Shown one piece after another: positions 1-8,711 of a DNA stretch of 64,000 bases. The position numbers and the translations under genes are program-made. A model generated the notes under the pieces. That model saw only the letters and a list, made by a program, of their open reading frames with translations, had not been told where the DNA came from and ran no database searches. The DNA is taken from assembly GCA_035650355.1 (NCBI GenBank), contig DASRHT010000056.1, positions 23,624 through 87,623 of the forward strand, given 5' to 3'. Origin of the DNA: Ktedonobacteraceae bacterium. Lineage in GTDB: Bacteria; Chloroflexota; Ktedonobacteria; Ktedonobacterales; Ktedonobacteraceae. Each line of letters opens with the position of its first letter. Positions within the stretch are counted from its first letter, which is position 1.

Positions 1-199
1 CAAGAGACATATCGACATCGAAAGAATCAGCCTTGACATCGTGGTTCATGCCAGTAACCTTGCCAGATTTTGGCGCAATGAGTACCGTTCTGGCTCCTGC
101 TTGCTCAAGAGCCTTCCGAGGCTCGGTCATCTCGACCTGCTCAAAATCGTCGGCCACGATAATGGCTACACGCATTCCATCTAATCGATTACCTTGCAT
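1..199 (-). CDS. DJ-1/PfpI family protein, N-terminal part only (gene runs off window start)
   Basis: Reverse-strand ATG at 197-199 with GAGAGGA RBS upstream. Translation MQGNRLDGMRVAIIVADDFEQVEMTEPRKALEQAGARTVLIAPKSGKVTGMNHDV resembles the PfpI/DJ-1 N-terminus. Absent from the ORF track because there is no stop in the window. Confidence 0.65.
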   Translation of the reverse strand, partial: MQGNRLDGMRVAIIVADDFEQVEMTEPRKALEQAGARTVLIAPKSGKVTGMNHDVKADSFDVDMSL

Positions 200-340
200 A
201 ACAAAATCCTCTCTAGTTCGTCACTTTCACCAACTACACGAGTACACGTATAACCCGAAAGATAGGTGACTCAGGCATACCCAGAAGCGTTTCGCTTGGT
301 GCCTCTTCTCATCAGGCTATTGCAAGGTTTGTTTCCGGCT

Positions 341-565
341 TTAAGGCTTTCTTCTGGCGCGGCGCATCGCCATGCGTTGGGCGGGGCTGCGTCTGGATTG
401 CAGTCTAAATGGCAGGTAAGGCAGGAGCAGGTACGCGAGGAGCAGCAGGATGGCGATGATGATGATAACGCGGACGAGCAGATCAATATTGCCCACAATC
501 TCCATGCCGACCAGGATGCCCACAAGAAAGCAGATGGCTCCAAAGATGAGCTGGCGCTTCGACAT
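341..565 (-). CDS. small hydrophobic membrane protein (hypothetical)
   Basis: 74-aa ORF with strong AAGGAGAG RBS just upstream (reverse complement of 566-590). Two hydrophobic segments and a basic C-terminal tail. Confidence 0.45.
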   Translation of the reverse strand: MSKRQLIFGAICFLVGILVGMEIVGNIDLLVRVIIIIAILLLLAYLLLPYLPFRLQSRRSPAQRMAMRRARRKP

Positions 566-669
566 CGGAACTCTCCTTCTCTCCGATTTCGCCCCGGCGC
601 TCCCTTCCCGCGCTGGTTTTTCAGATGGAGAGGAGTGGAAAACCGGCGCGAGAAGAGCATGCTCCGGCG

Positions 670-1590
670 CTAGAACTGGCGGATCAACTCGACAATACGC
701 CCGAACTGTTCAATGCTTGCGACGCTCAGAGGCTCAAGCGTCACGATCAAGTGAGAGGTGCCTACGCTGGCAAAGCTGTGAAGGCGGCGCGCGATCTCTT
801 CGGGGGAGCCTGTAATGACTTTTGTCTCGCCGGCATCCTCGCCGGGAGCCAGCAGTTTCACACTTGTGCCTACTGTTAACTCGACAGCCGCAGGATCGCG
901 TCCAGCAGCCGTACAGGCTTCTTTAAAACCATCATAACGCTCCTTCACGACTCCCGGCTCCATATGCCAGGCGGTGTTCCAGGCGTCGGCATAGCGGGCC
1001 GTCAATTGCAACATGCGCGGGCGACGACCGGCGATCAGAATTGGCGGACCGTTGCGCGACGGACCGCGAGGACGCAGCACGCAATTATGTACCTGGTAAT
1101 ACTGTCCCTGAAAATCAACCCGTCCCTCGCGCAGTAGCGGTGCGATAATCTGCATCGCCTCCTCAAAGCGACCGGCGAGATGATCGAAAGGGTAGCCGAA
1201 CGCCTCATACTCCGGCTGATGCCATCCGGCGCCAAGCCCCAGGATCAGGCGCCCGCCGCTAATCTCGTCGATGGTGTCAGCCATCTTTGCCACCATCGCA
1301 GGCGGACGAAACGAGGTGCAGATAACGATGGTCCCGAGCGTAATGTGTGTTGTCACCGCTGCCAGGGCGCTGAGCATGGTAAAAACTTCCCAGATGCCCG
1401 TCTCTTCTTGCTCGGGGAAGCGATAGATCAGATGGTCGCACAGCCAGAGGGAATCTAAACCCGCACGCTCGGCAGCCTGGGCCATCTCTCGCAATTCCTG
1501 GAACGTAGGCGTCTTGCCTTGCAGACCGCCCTCCGATGTGTCCAGTACAACGCCGATTTTCATTTTATTTTCCGATGGGCTCTGGGTCAT
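670..1590 (-). CDS. LLM-class (luciferase-like) flavin/F420-dependent oxidoreductase
   Basis: 306 aa. Segments KIGVVLD...AAERAGLDSLWLCDHL...GGRLILGLGAGW are typical of luciferase-like monooxygenase family proteins. Confidence 0.8.
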   Translation of the reverse strand: MTQSPSENKMKIGVVLDTSEGGLQGKTPTFQELREMAQAAERAGLDSLWLCDHLIYRFPEQEETGIWEVFTMLSALAAVTTHITLGTIVICTSFRPPAMVAKMADTIDEISGGRLILGLGAGWHQPEYEAFGYPFDHLAGRFEEAMQIIAPLLREGRVDFQGQYYQVHNCVLRPRGPSRNGPPILIAGRRPRMLQLTARYADAWNTAWHMEPGVVKERYDGFKEACTAAGRDPAAVELTVGTSVKLLAPGEDAGETKVITGSPEEIARRLHSFASVGTSHLIVTLEPLSVASIEQFGRIVELIRQF

Positions 1591-1679
1591 GCTTTTTGCC
1601 TTTCTGTCTTCGAACGAAACGCTGAAAATAAATAGAGACTCTATTATAGCTCACTTTGCAGCAGGGCTGTGGAGTAAAG

Positions 1680-1736
1680 TGCAACTGCCGTAGCGACCTT
1701 CCATAATGAATCGGGGAGGTCGCTACGGCAGTTGCA
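1680..1736. terminator. long hairpin (18-20 bp stem) between DinB and LLM genes
   Basis: GCAACTGCCGTAGCGACC (1681-1698) pairs perfectly with GGTCGCTACGGCAGTTGC (1718-1735). It lies directly 3' of the minus-strand gene ending at 1747. The U-tract is weak. Confidence 0.4.
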
Positions 1737-1746
1737 GCTACTCTAT

Positions 1747-2232
1747 CTAAAGATCGGGGGCTGCAAGGCCGTGGGCGCCAAGCGAGAAGGAGAGCTCGCC
1801 GCCATGATGCAGATCGTGCTCGATGACATGCCAGATGACCCACTGGCGCGTGATCTCATATGGCTCCCCATCGTCTTCACCCTTGAAGACGTAGGCCAGA
1901 TCGTCCGCCGTCCAGCGCTCCAGACATTGCTGCCATGCACGGAACGTAACCTCTAAGCCATGCACCAGTTCGGCTGTAGATGGAATAGCGCCACCATGTT
2001 CCCATGCGGCAATAGCGGCCACATCTGCACCGCCTTCGCCCATAAAGCCATGCAGCCAGCTCGCTCGCGTGCGTACAATATGCTTGGCGAGCAGGCCAAT
2101 CGAGCGCAGATTGGGCGATATCTTCAGCTCCAGTTGTTCTGCCGTCAGTGGCCTGATCGCCTTCACAAGAAGGTCCTGATAGATATCCCAGCCTTGATAG
2201 TAGTACCAGGGGGAAACCGCTTGCTGTCCCAT
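1747..2232 (-). CDS. DinB family protein
   Basis: 161 aa. C-terminal WHVIEHDLHHGGELSFSLG is a DinB/YfiT-like four-helix-bundle His motif. Confidence 0.8.
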   Translation of the reverse strand: MGQQAVSPWYYYQGWDIYQDLLVKAIRPLTAEQLELKISPNLRSIGLLAKHIVRTRASWLHGFMGEGGADVAAIAAWEHGGAIPSTAELVHGLEVTFRAWQQCLERWTADDLAYVFKGEDDGEPYEITRQWVIWHVIEHDLHHGGELSFSLGAHGLAAPDL

Positions 2233-2435
2233 ATCCTATCTCTCCTCAAATAGCTTACAAAACTTTGCCATGCCTGTTCCTGTAGAACATCTATTCAAGA
2301 GTATAACACATGGGACAAGAGACGCTTACGTGAGCTTTCAGAGTTTCTACCCTCCTAAAAAAGTGGGACATCCAGGAGACATCACTTCTGCATTTTCCCT
2401 TGCTATCCACTAATGCGGACTGTTTTGATGGAATT

Positions 2436-3224
2436 TCAGGCAGTTTTTGTTTTGAGCAGGGGTTGCAATTCGTCAGGGAGCGGACGATCCTCAATCCAGG
2501 CCCGAACCGTATCTGTAAACAACTCAGGAGCTTGCAGGTTCCAGACGTGGTTCACACCCGGTACGACCATGCCCTGTGCATGCTTGAGGGACGCCACTAC
2601 TTTCTTCACCCCCTGTTTGGCAAGCGCGTTTTCTTTCCCACCGACAACCACCAGTGTTGGCGCCTCCGATGTGCGGGGCAGCAATTGAGGCAGGTCTATC
2701 AACGCCTCTATAGAGCGGCGCGTAAAGGCCGGATTGACGGCCAGCAGTAGATCCTCACAGAACATGTCGCGATAAGCTTCTGGAATGCCGAGCATTTTAG
2801 CTGATAGGCGGAACTGCTGTTCAGGGAAGATGAAGCTAAGCGGAGAGGTTGAGATCGCCAGGATCAATTTCCCCATACCCTTGCCGAGAGGAGCGGCTGC
2901 GCTCGCCACCACATGATCAACGGCTACCGGAGCGATCTGCATGATAGCCAGCGCGAGGTCCGCGCCCAATGATAGCCCGACCAGGTGCGCGCGTTTGCTG
3001 GGAACCTTCTCATCGATCAGCGCTGCCACCTGCTTTGCAGCATCTTCGAGGCGAAACGGGCCTGTATGCAGACTTTTCCCCTGCTCCGGCAAATCTGGCG
3101 CCAGGCAATAATAGTCCGGCAACCGCTCCATCTGCGGCTGCCACATCCGTCCGCTCAAGCCAGCTCCGTGCAAAAAAACAATCGCGGGCGCTGTAGGCTC
3201 CCCGCTCTCATACGTAAACAACAT
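2436..3224 (-). CDS. alpha/beta hydrolase
   Basis: 262 aa. IVFLHGAGLSGRMW oxyanion region and GLSLGA nucleophile elbow. GAGGGAG RBS upstream. Confidence 0.85.
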   Translation of the reverse strand: MLFTYESGEPTAPAIVFLHGAGLSGRMWQPQMERLPDYYCLAPDLPEQGKSLHTGPFRLEDAAKQVAALIDEKVPSKRAHLVGLSLGADLALAIMQIAPVAVDHVVASAAAPLGKGMGKLILAISTSPLSFIFPEQQFRLSAKMLGIPEAYRDMFCEDLLLAVNPAFTRRSIEALIDLPQLLPRTSEAPTLVVVGGKENALAKQGVKKVVASLKHAQGMVVPGVNHVWNLQAPELFTDTVRAWIEDRPLPDELQPLLKTKTA

Positions 3225-3263
3225 CGCGCTCCCTCGCGTTTTTTAACAAGATCGCAGTAAACG

Positions 3264-3311
3264 CCGTAGGGACCCGATTTATCGCGTCCGAGCGCGGTTT
3301 ACCGCGTTCCC
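3264..3311. repeat. REP family 2 (CCGTAGGGACCCGATTTATCGCGTCC...GCGGTTTACCGCGTTCCC)
   Basis: Imperfect palindrome GGAC-CGAT..ATCG-GTCC. Related copies at 9954-9990, 34553-34590 (reverse), 52338-52370 (reverse), 57065-57105, 57512-57552 and 61295-61342. Confidence 0.85.
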
Positions 3312-3475
3312 ATCAGTCATCATCCCTCCCAAAACCGGCACACATACCTCATTATACCTCATCCATCAGGGCGCATATGCATAACAGGGAAACATACTAT
3401 AATTGACAGCAGTTTCTTGATCATGGTGTCATGATAGAGCAGAGATAAATAAGAGCAAAGAAGGGGACAGCGACG

Positions 3476-3967
3476 ATGGAGACGGAGATAGCAGCAAATA
3501 AAGCGATTATCCGCCGATTATTTGATGAGGCGCTCAACCAGAGACATCTGGAACTGCTGGACGAGCTATTTAGCGCAGACTTTGTGGATCACTCGACCCC
3601 GCAGCAACGACCAGGACCAGAAGGCGTCAAAGATTTTTTCGTCGAAGTACATCTCCACTTTCCAGATATAAAAGTGACAATCGAAGATATGATCGCCGAA
3701 GGCAATCGAGTCGTCGTGCGTACACTATGGCACAGCACCGCCCGAAACGCCGTAGGGACCTCCCACGATGAAGCGAGGAGCTCCAGCGCGTCCGCCCAGG
3801 ATAGCAAGCCATTCATTGCAGACAGCCTGAGCGAAGCTAGCGCGTCAGCAGCGTTGGCTGCCTGGAATAGCAAGCCGTTAAACGGATCGCTGATCCAGAT
3901 CTTCCACCTGGAAAACGGGCGGATTGTGGAGGAATGGAACGAGGGGAGCGGACTGGGGGAAGCATAA
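3476..3967 (+). CDS. SnoaL-like / ester-cyclase family protein carrying an internal repeat-derived insertion
   Basis: N-terminus NKAIIRRLFDEALNQRHLELLDELFSADFVDHS and C-terminus FHLENGRIVEEWNE are ester-cyclase-like. The central ~49 aa (ARNAVGTSHDEARSS...SEASASAALAAWNSKPLNG) is encoded by repeat DNA at 3740-3886. Confidence 0.7.
   Translation: METEIAANKAIIRRLFDEALNQRHLELLDELFSADFVDHSTPQQRPGPEGVKDFFVEVHLHFPDIKVTIEDMIAEGNRVVVRTLWHSTARNAVGTSHDEARSSSASAQDSKPFIADSLSEASASAALAAWNSKPLNGSLIQIFHLENGRIVEEWNEGSGLGEA
3818..3864. repeat. GCGAAGC-core palindromic element, copy A (inside CDS)
   Basis: GCAGACAGC-CTGAGCGAAGCTAGCGCGTCAGCAGCGTT-GGCTGCCTG, flanked by direct repeats ATAGCAAGCC (3801-3810 and 3867-3876). 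Homologous copies at 53948-53993 and 54797-54844. Confidence 0.85.
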
Positions 3968-4080
3968 GCCGCTCTGTCCAAAAGGACAGCCCGTAAACTG
4001 TCCTCTCGCACAATGTGCCGGTTCCTGCTTTCGAGGTAAAGTTACCGTAGTGGAAAAGTAGAACCTCGAAAGGAAATACC

Positions 4081-4812
4081 ATGACCCGGCAATCATTTGA
4101 ACAAGCTAATGAGAAGCATAACGCACTGATTACAGGCGCGTCACGAGGGCTAGGACTTGCCCTGGCGCGGCAACTGGCAAGACATGGCTGGCATCTTTTA
4201 ATTGACGCCCGCGGGGCAGAAGCGATAGAGCAGGCGCGAGCAGAACTGGCAGAGCTGACGACGGTGATAGCCATCCCCGGCGATGTCAGTGATCCGATGC
4301 ACAGGCGGGCATTAGTAGAGGCAGCTCAGCGCATGGGCGGGCTGGATCTGCTGGTCAACAACGCCAGCATCCTGGGTCCCAGCCCACAGCCCGCATTACT
4401 GGAATACCCTCTCGAAGTGCTTGAGAAGGTCTATCGCGTCAACCTCATCGCGCCTCTGGCGCTCATTCAGGCGCTCAAGCGACACCTCAAAGCAGAGGCA
4501 AGCATTATCAACATTACCAGCGACGCAGGGATCGAGGCATATCCGGGCTGGGGCGGCTATGGCTCCAGCAAGGCCGCGCTGGAACAGCTCTCCAACGTGC
4601 TGGCCGCCGAAAATCCCGAGTACCGCGTCTACTGGGTTGATCCGGGCGATATGCGCACACAAATGCACCAGGAAGCATTTCCAGGGGAAGACATCAGCGA
4701 CCGCCCCTTGCCCGAAGAGAGCGTACCGGGGCTGCTCGCCTTGATCACAGGAACATATGCGAGCGGACGCTATGTAGCCCGTTCGCTCGCCACGCAAACA
4801 GCAGAGCAATGA
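4081..4812 (+). CDS. SDR family oxidoreductase
   Basis: 243 aa. TGASRGLG cofactor motif, NNAS, and YGSSK catalytic Tyr-x3-Lys. Confidence 0.9.
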   Translation: MTRQSFEQANEKHNALITGASRGLGLALARQLARHGWHLLIDARGAEAIEQARAELAELTTVIAIPGDVSDPMHRRALVEAAQRMGGLDLLVNNASILGPSPQPALLEYPLEVLEKVYRVNLIAPLALIQALKRHLKAEASIINITSDAGIEAYPGWGGYGSSKAALEQLSNVLAAENPEYRVYWVDPGDMRTQMHQEAFPGEDISDRPLPEESVPGLLALITGTYASGRYVARSLATQTAEQ

Positions 4813-5924
4813 CCATGATACAATCACAATTTTTAGATCCGCTTTACCGCAGCGATGCCGGGGTATACAAAAAACAAGAGCTAGATTTTATATTGCCACC
4901 CGAACTGGAGGCGCATATGCCGCCGGAGGCGCGAGGGCTGGCGCGGGACGAGGTGCGGCTGATGGTCTCGTACCGCTCAGATGATCGCGTGGTGCATACG
5001 CGTTTTCGCCAGATCGGCGACTTTCTGCAAGCCGGAGATCTGCTGGTCATCAATACCAGTGGCACAATGAAGGCCGCGCTCACCGCCCGGTGTGAGAACG
5101 GCATGCCGGTCGAGTTGCACCTCTCGACCCACCTGCCCGCCGACCTGTGGCTGGTCGAAGTGCGTACGCAGGGTGAGAAGGGAACCCGGCCCTTCTATGG
5201 GATCAAGATGGGTGAGACGCTCCAACTGGCGGAGGGGGCCAGTGCCACCCTGCATGTGCCATACCGCCATCAGGAGAATGCTCAGGGGCGGAATCGCTTG
5301 TGGATTGCCACCCTGCACCTGCCATATATGTTGCAGGAGTACCTTGCGCGCAACGGTTTCCCGATTCGTTACAGCTATGTGCCGCAGGAGTGGCCGATAG
5401 ATTACTACCAGACGGTCTACGTTTCAGAGATGGGCAGCGCGGAAATGCCATCAGCCGGGCGAGCCTTTACCACCGAACTGATCACCAGCTTGATCTCGCA
5501 TGGAGTGCAGGTTGCTCCTTTGCTTTTGCATACCGGCGTTGCCAGCCTGGAGGATCACGAGCCGCCGTACGAAGAGTATTATCGTGTCACTCCAGAGACT
5601 GCGCGCATTGTCAACACGACCAGAGCAGCCGGAAGACGGATCGTAGCCGTGGGAACAACCGTGATCCGCGCGCTTGAAACCATCACCGATGCTGACGGAG
5701 TGACGCACGCCGGCGAGGGCTGGACCAGTGTCGTCATCACACCTGAACGCGGCATACGAGCGGTCAATGGCCTTTTAACTGGATTACACGAGCCGCAGGC
5801 CACCCATCTCTTTATGCTTGAGGCGCTTGCCAGCGTAGAGCATCTCAGGAAAACCTACCAGGAAGCTATAGAGAAGGGCTATCTCTGGCACGAGTTCGGC
5901 GATCTGCATTTGCTGTTACCGTGA
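4809..5924 (+). CDS. QueA-like S-adenosylmethionine:tRNA ribosyltransferase-isomerase family protein
   Basis: 371 aa. ELDFILPPELEAHMPPEARGLARDEVRLMV and LVINTSGT resemble the QueA N-terminus, with AVGTTVIRALE toward the C-terminus. ATGA overlap with the upstream SDR gene. Confidence 0.7.
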   Translation: MTMIQSQFLDPLYRSDAGVYKKQELDFILPPELEAHMPPEARGLARDEVRLMVSYRSDDRVVHTRFRQIGDFLQAGDLLVINTSGTMKAALTARCENGMPVELHLSTHLPADLWLVEVRTQGEKGTRPFYGIKMGETLQLAEGASATLHVPYRHQENAQGRNRLWIATLHLPYMLQEYLARNGFPIRYSYVPQEWPIDYYQTVYVSEMGSAEMPSAGRAFTTELITSLISHGVQVAPLLLHTGVASLEDHEPPYEEYYRVTPETARIVNTTRAAGRRIVAVGTTVIRALETITDADGVTHAGEGWTSVVITPERGIRAVNGLLTGLHEPQATHLFMLEALASVEHLRKTYQEAIEKGYLWHEFGDLHLLLP

Positions 5925-5964
5925 CATCATCCTGCCACAGGGCAAGAGGCCCCACACGGCACCA

Positions 5965-5992
5965 GTAGGGCAACCGCGAGGGATTGCCCCTA
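5965..5992. repeat. REP family 1 (GTAGGGCAACCGCGAGGGATTGCCCCTA)
   Basis: Palindrome GGGCAA..TTGCCC bracketed by GTAG/CTA. The same type occurs at 46074-46141. Confidence 0.85.
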
Positions 5993-6075
5993 GCCAGACG
6001 CCCTGCCCGTTGGCCCATGACCCCCTCTGCCTTGTGGCGGTGCCTGCGATGGTGGATCATGGCTGGGACGGATGG

Positions 6076-6106
6076 GTAGGGGCAATGCCTTGCGCTTGCC
6101 CTGTAG
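6076..6106. repeat. REP family 1 (GTAGGGGCAATGCCTTGCGCTTGCCCTGTAG)
   Basis: Palindromic GTAGGGGCA...TGCCCT.TAC element. Similar copies at 42819-42848 and 34640-34670. Confidence 0.85.
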
Positions 6107-6189
6107 CGGTGCTCTGGACGAAGGAAGGTGTTCATCTGCATCATGTCGTCGCCACAGCAGGGGGTCACGGGGGAATGGGATAGATTTTT

Positions 6190-7218
6190 TTACTTGCGCA
6201 TTTGAATCAGGGTCATAGCCCAGGCGCTCAGTTCGGGACATTGGGAGAGATCGGTTGAACTCCATGCCTGGTCGAAGAGGCGTAACGCCGGGGGGCAGAT
6301 ATTCCACAGTGCGTCGCGCACAACGCGCCAGCGCGGAGTGTTGATCTGCTGCAAATCTTCCAATGGGAAAAGCGACTCGGCGTTGGGGGGAGTGAGCTTC
6401 TGGACGCGGGCATCGCACCATGTCAGCATCTCCGTGATGATGATCGCACCAGAGAAGCGGTCGCCATCGGGTCGCCAGTAACCGCGCCGGTCCAGAGAGC
6501 GATGCTGGTAGCCAGGAGAGCCCTGGCTGCATTGTTGAGGAATGGGACTATTGGGCATGTAGAGATTTTCCAGGTCCAGCAGCTCAACCAGGTTGAACGC
6601 GGGCATGAGCAGCACATTGCTGCCGGCGATATCCGTATGCGCCAGCGAGTGGGCCTCTAAATCCCAGAGCACCTGGGCCATCGCAATCGCCAGCTTCAAG
6701 GCGACCTGCGGCGTATAGGGTTCGTTGTCGGGACCGGTGGCGCGGTTCGCCAGGAAGCCCGCCCAGCTCTGTCCGCTCAGCCAGGGCATCAAGACCGCGT
6801 ATTCCAGGCCGGGATGGGCAGCGATCAGCGCGGGATGCGTCGCCTTCGTGAAGCAGACGCGCCTGCCCAGGCTGAGTCCGGGCAGGTGGGCGTAGGGGGC
6901 CAGCGCATTGGTCGAACGGAGGATATGTTTACCGCGAAAAGGTGTTTTGCTCACTTTCAGCGTCCAGATCTTGCCGCTCGCCACTTCGCGCAGTTGATAT
7001 ACCATCGCCTCCCCGCCCTCGATGGCAAACACTTCCTCCTGATCATCAGGAAAAAGAGGGTGTTGCACAAAAGTGAACTGGGCCGCACCTATATTCAGAG
7101 TCAGCCCCAGATGTGGGCGAAAATCTGCCACTGGTCGTTCATCCTTTTTAGTGTATTTCCACTTGACATCTTCAGGTATAGTATGTATATCCTTCCTCAA
7201 GGGGCGGCGAGAGCGCAT
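6190..7218 (-). CDS. atypical protein-kinase-like protein
   Basis: 342 aa. WTLKVSK (VAIK-like Lys), HTDIAGSNVLL (HxD..N catalytic loop), DLENLY (DFG-like) and SPGYQ (APE-like). Sits 43 bp downstream of a vWA gene on the same strand. Confidence 0.6.
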   Translation of the reverse strand: MRSRRPLRKDIHTIPEDVKWKYTKKDERPVADFRPHLGLTLNIGAAQFTFVQHPLFPDDQEEVFAIEGGEAMVYQLREVASGKIWTLKVSKTPFRGKHILRSTNALAPYAHLPGLSLGRRVCFTKATHPALIAAHPGLEYAVLMPWLSGQSWAGFLANRATGPDNEPYTPQVALKLAIAMAQVLWDLEAHSLAHTDIAGSNVLLMPAFNLVELLDLENLYMPNSPIPQQCSQGSPGYQHRSLDRRGYWRPDGDRFSGAIIITEMLTWCDARVQKLTPPNAESLFPLEDLQQINTPRWRVVRDALWNICPPALRLFDQAWSSTDLSQCPELSAWAMTLIQMRK

Positions 7219-7260
7219 GGCTATCTCGACCCGCTTGAGGTACTGAAATATCGGCGGGTG

Positions 7261-8034
7261 TTACTTTAATTGCGTGGCTGCCGAGACAGAGAAAGCCAGA
7301 CGGATCAGATCGCTATGGGTGCCTGGAAAGAACAGGGCCGCCCCCTGCTGCAAGGCGTAGTCATGACTGTTGATATTCTGCCGGTAGCTCTCAGGCAGGG
7401 GCGATGAAAGACGATAGAGGAAGCGAGCATATTCATCGACCAGGTCGTTTTCCCGCATGACTCCCCCCCAACGATGCCAGTCCCGCACCCTTTTGCGCAA
7501 CATACGCTCCCCCACATAGACATTTTCCACCAGCACCGTACCATCATCGACGCTCATCCCCTGGATACGGCGCACGAAAGGCGTAGGATCGACGGTAGAC
7601 AAGCGTCCATCGGTGAGATGGCAGACCAGAGGAGCGGGACCGCGCCGGAAGTCGTTGATGTAGGTGAGTAAGAGCCTTTCGGCGGCGGCAAACGCGGCTG
7701 CTGTATCCGTCATCCCTCCCGCGCTAATCTCCGGCATCCCCTGGCGCAGCAACGTGGGCAAATCGCAGATACCATTCAACACATCGACCACGCGAGAGCT
7801 ATAAGCGAAGAGGGCGAGTTTATAACGGCTTTGTGGAATCCCATCCCGAATGGAGCGCCGCACCATATCTTTCATTACTTCATATAATGCCTTATTTACC
7901 AGTGCGATTTTGGTTGTATCGCCGCACAACTCGTTCATTGAATCGCTGGCATCAATGAGGTAGATAATGAGAGCGGGCGTAGTTGCTGTTGCAGCGCGTG
8001 TATACATAAACGACCATCTTCCGCCAATCAGCAT
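7261..8034 (-). CDS. vWA domain-containing protein
   Basis: 257 aa. LIIYLIDASDSM is a MIDAS DxSxS motif, followed by a Rossmann-like alternation. Alternative start at 8007 (MYTRAAT). Confidence 0.8.
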   Translation of the reverse strand: MLIGGRWSFMYTRAATATTPALIIYLIDASDSMNELCGDTTKIALVNKALYEVMKDMVRRSIRDGIPQSRYKLALFAYSSRVVDVLNGICDLPTLLRQGMPEISAGGMTDTAAAFAAAERLLLTYINDFRRGPAPLVCHLTDGRLSTVDPTPFVRRIQGMSVDDGTVLVENVYVGERMLRKRVRDWHRWGGVMRENDLVDEYARFLYRLSSPLPESYRQNINSHDYALQQGAALFFPGTHSDLIRLAFSVSAATQLK

Positions 8035-8141
8035 GATTCTGGAACAAACGCCTTCCCTGAAGCCCGGCTTCTGCGTTTAATTCAGTATATAATTGGCTAG
8101 GAACGCTGTCAACTCCACTACGCCCGCTCTAAATAGAAGCC

Positions 8142-8171
8142 TTGACGCCATATCCTTGAGCAGGATATAGT
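8142..8171 (+). promoter_or_regulatory. candidate sigma-70-type promoter (TTGACG-18-TATAGT)
   Basis: TTGACG at 8142-8147 and TATAGT at 8166-8171. No plus-strand CDS follows for 540 nt. Confidence 0.3.
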
Positions 8172-8381
8172 TACTTTGTGAACATTTCCGTTACTTAGAG
8201 ACCGAGGTGAGTTGCAGTATGGCCGACATGATGGGGCCGCGTGCCAGTACCTCCTGGTACGTCTATCTCTTGAGCAAACGGGCGCTGCTCCGCTATGCAG
8301 TCGCCCAGGGCCATACTATGCCCTTTTTCAGGGAACCAACAGTCAAACCTCCCTGCTAAAGCGCAGCTAGCAGTACGCAAC

Positions 8382-8417
8382 AGCCGTGGGCGATTCGCAG
8401 CCTCACGGCTTTTTTTA
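8382..8417 (+). terminator. intrinsic-terminator-like hairpin + T7 run
   Basis: AGCCGTG (8382-8388) pairs with CACGGCT (8404-8410), followed by TTTTTTT (8411-8417). Confidence 0.45.
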
Positions 8418-8448
8418 TTGCTCCAATGAAATGCAGGCAGGAGCAAGC

Positions 8449-8624
8449 GGGGCAGGGGCAAGCCCGGCCCCTACAGGGTGTGGTCAATTGGATGGCGACA
8501 GGGCAGGGGCAAGCCCGGCCCCTACAGGGTGTGGTCAAATAGGATGGCGACAGGGGCAAGCGTGGCCCCTACAGGATGTGGTCAATAGGGTGGCGACAGG
8601 GCAGGGGCAAGCCCGGCCCCTACA
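8449..8624. repeat. tandem array (about 3.5 x 52 bp) of REP family 1 units
   Basis: Unit GGGGCAGGGGCAAGCCCGGCCCCTACAGGGTGTGGTCAATTGGATGGCGACA at 8449, 8501, 8553 (46-bp variant) and 8599 (partial). Confidence 0.9.
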
Positions 8625-8711
8625 TCTTTTCACTGCCGTGAGGCGCAGATGCATGCGTGCAGCCTTTTTATGTTTCGTGACCTCACTTTAGGCGGTGAAA
8701 GGATAGACTGT

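Noticed and set aside
5990-6532. 180-aa minus-strand ORF overlapping the 3' end of the kinase-like gene and the REP cluster
   Set aside because: It overlaps the better-supported 6190-7218 ORF out of frame, and its upstream part is REP DNA.
8386-8691. 101-aa ORF and the possibility that the 52-bp array is a CRISPR
   Set aside because: The ORF is just translated REP units (GAGASPAPTGCGQ repeated). The array has no unique spacers, since the whole 52-bp unit repeats head to tail, and no cas genes are present. The same reasoning applies to the 63-bp array at 57216-57420.
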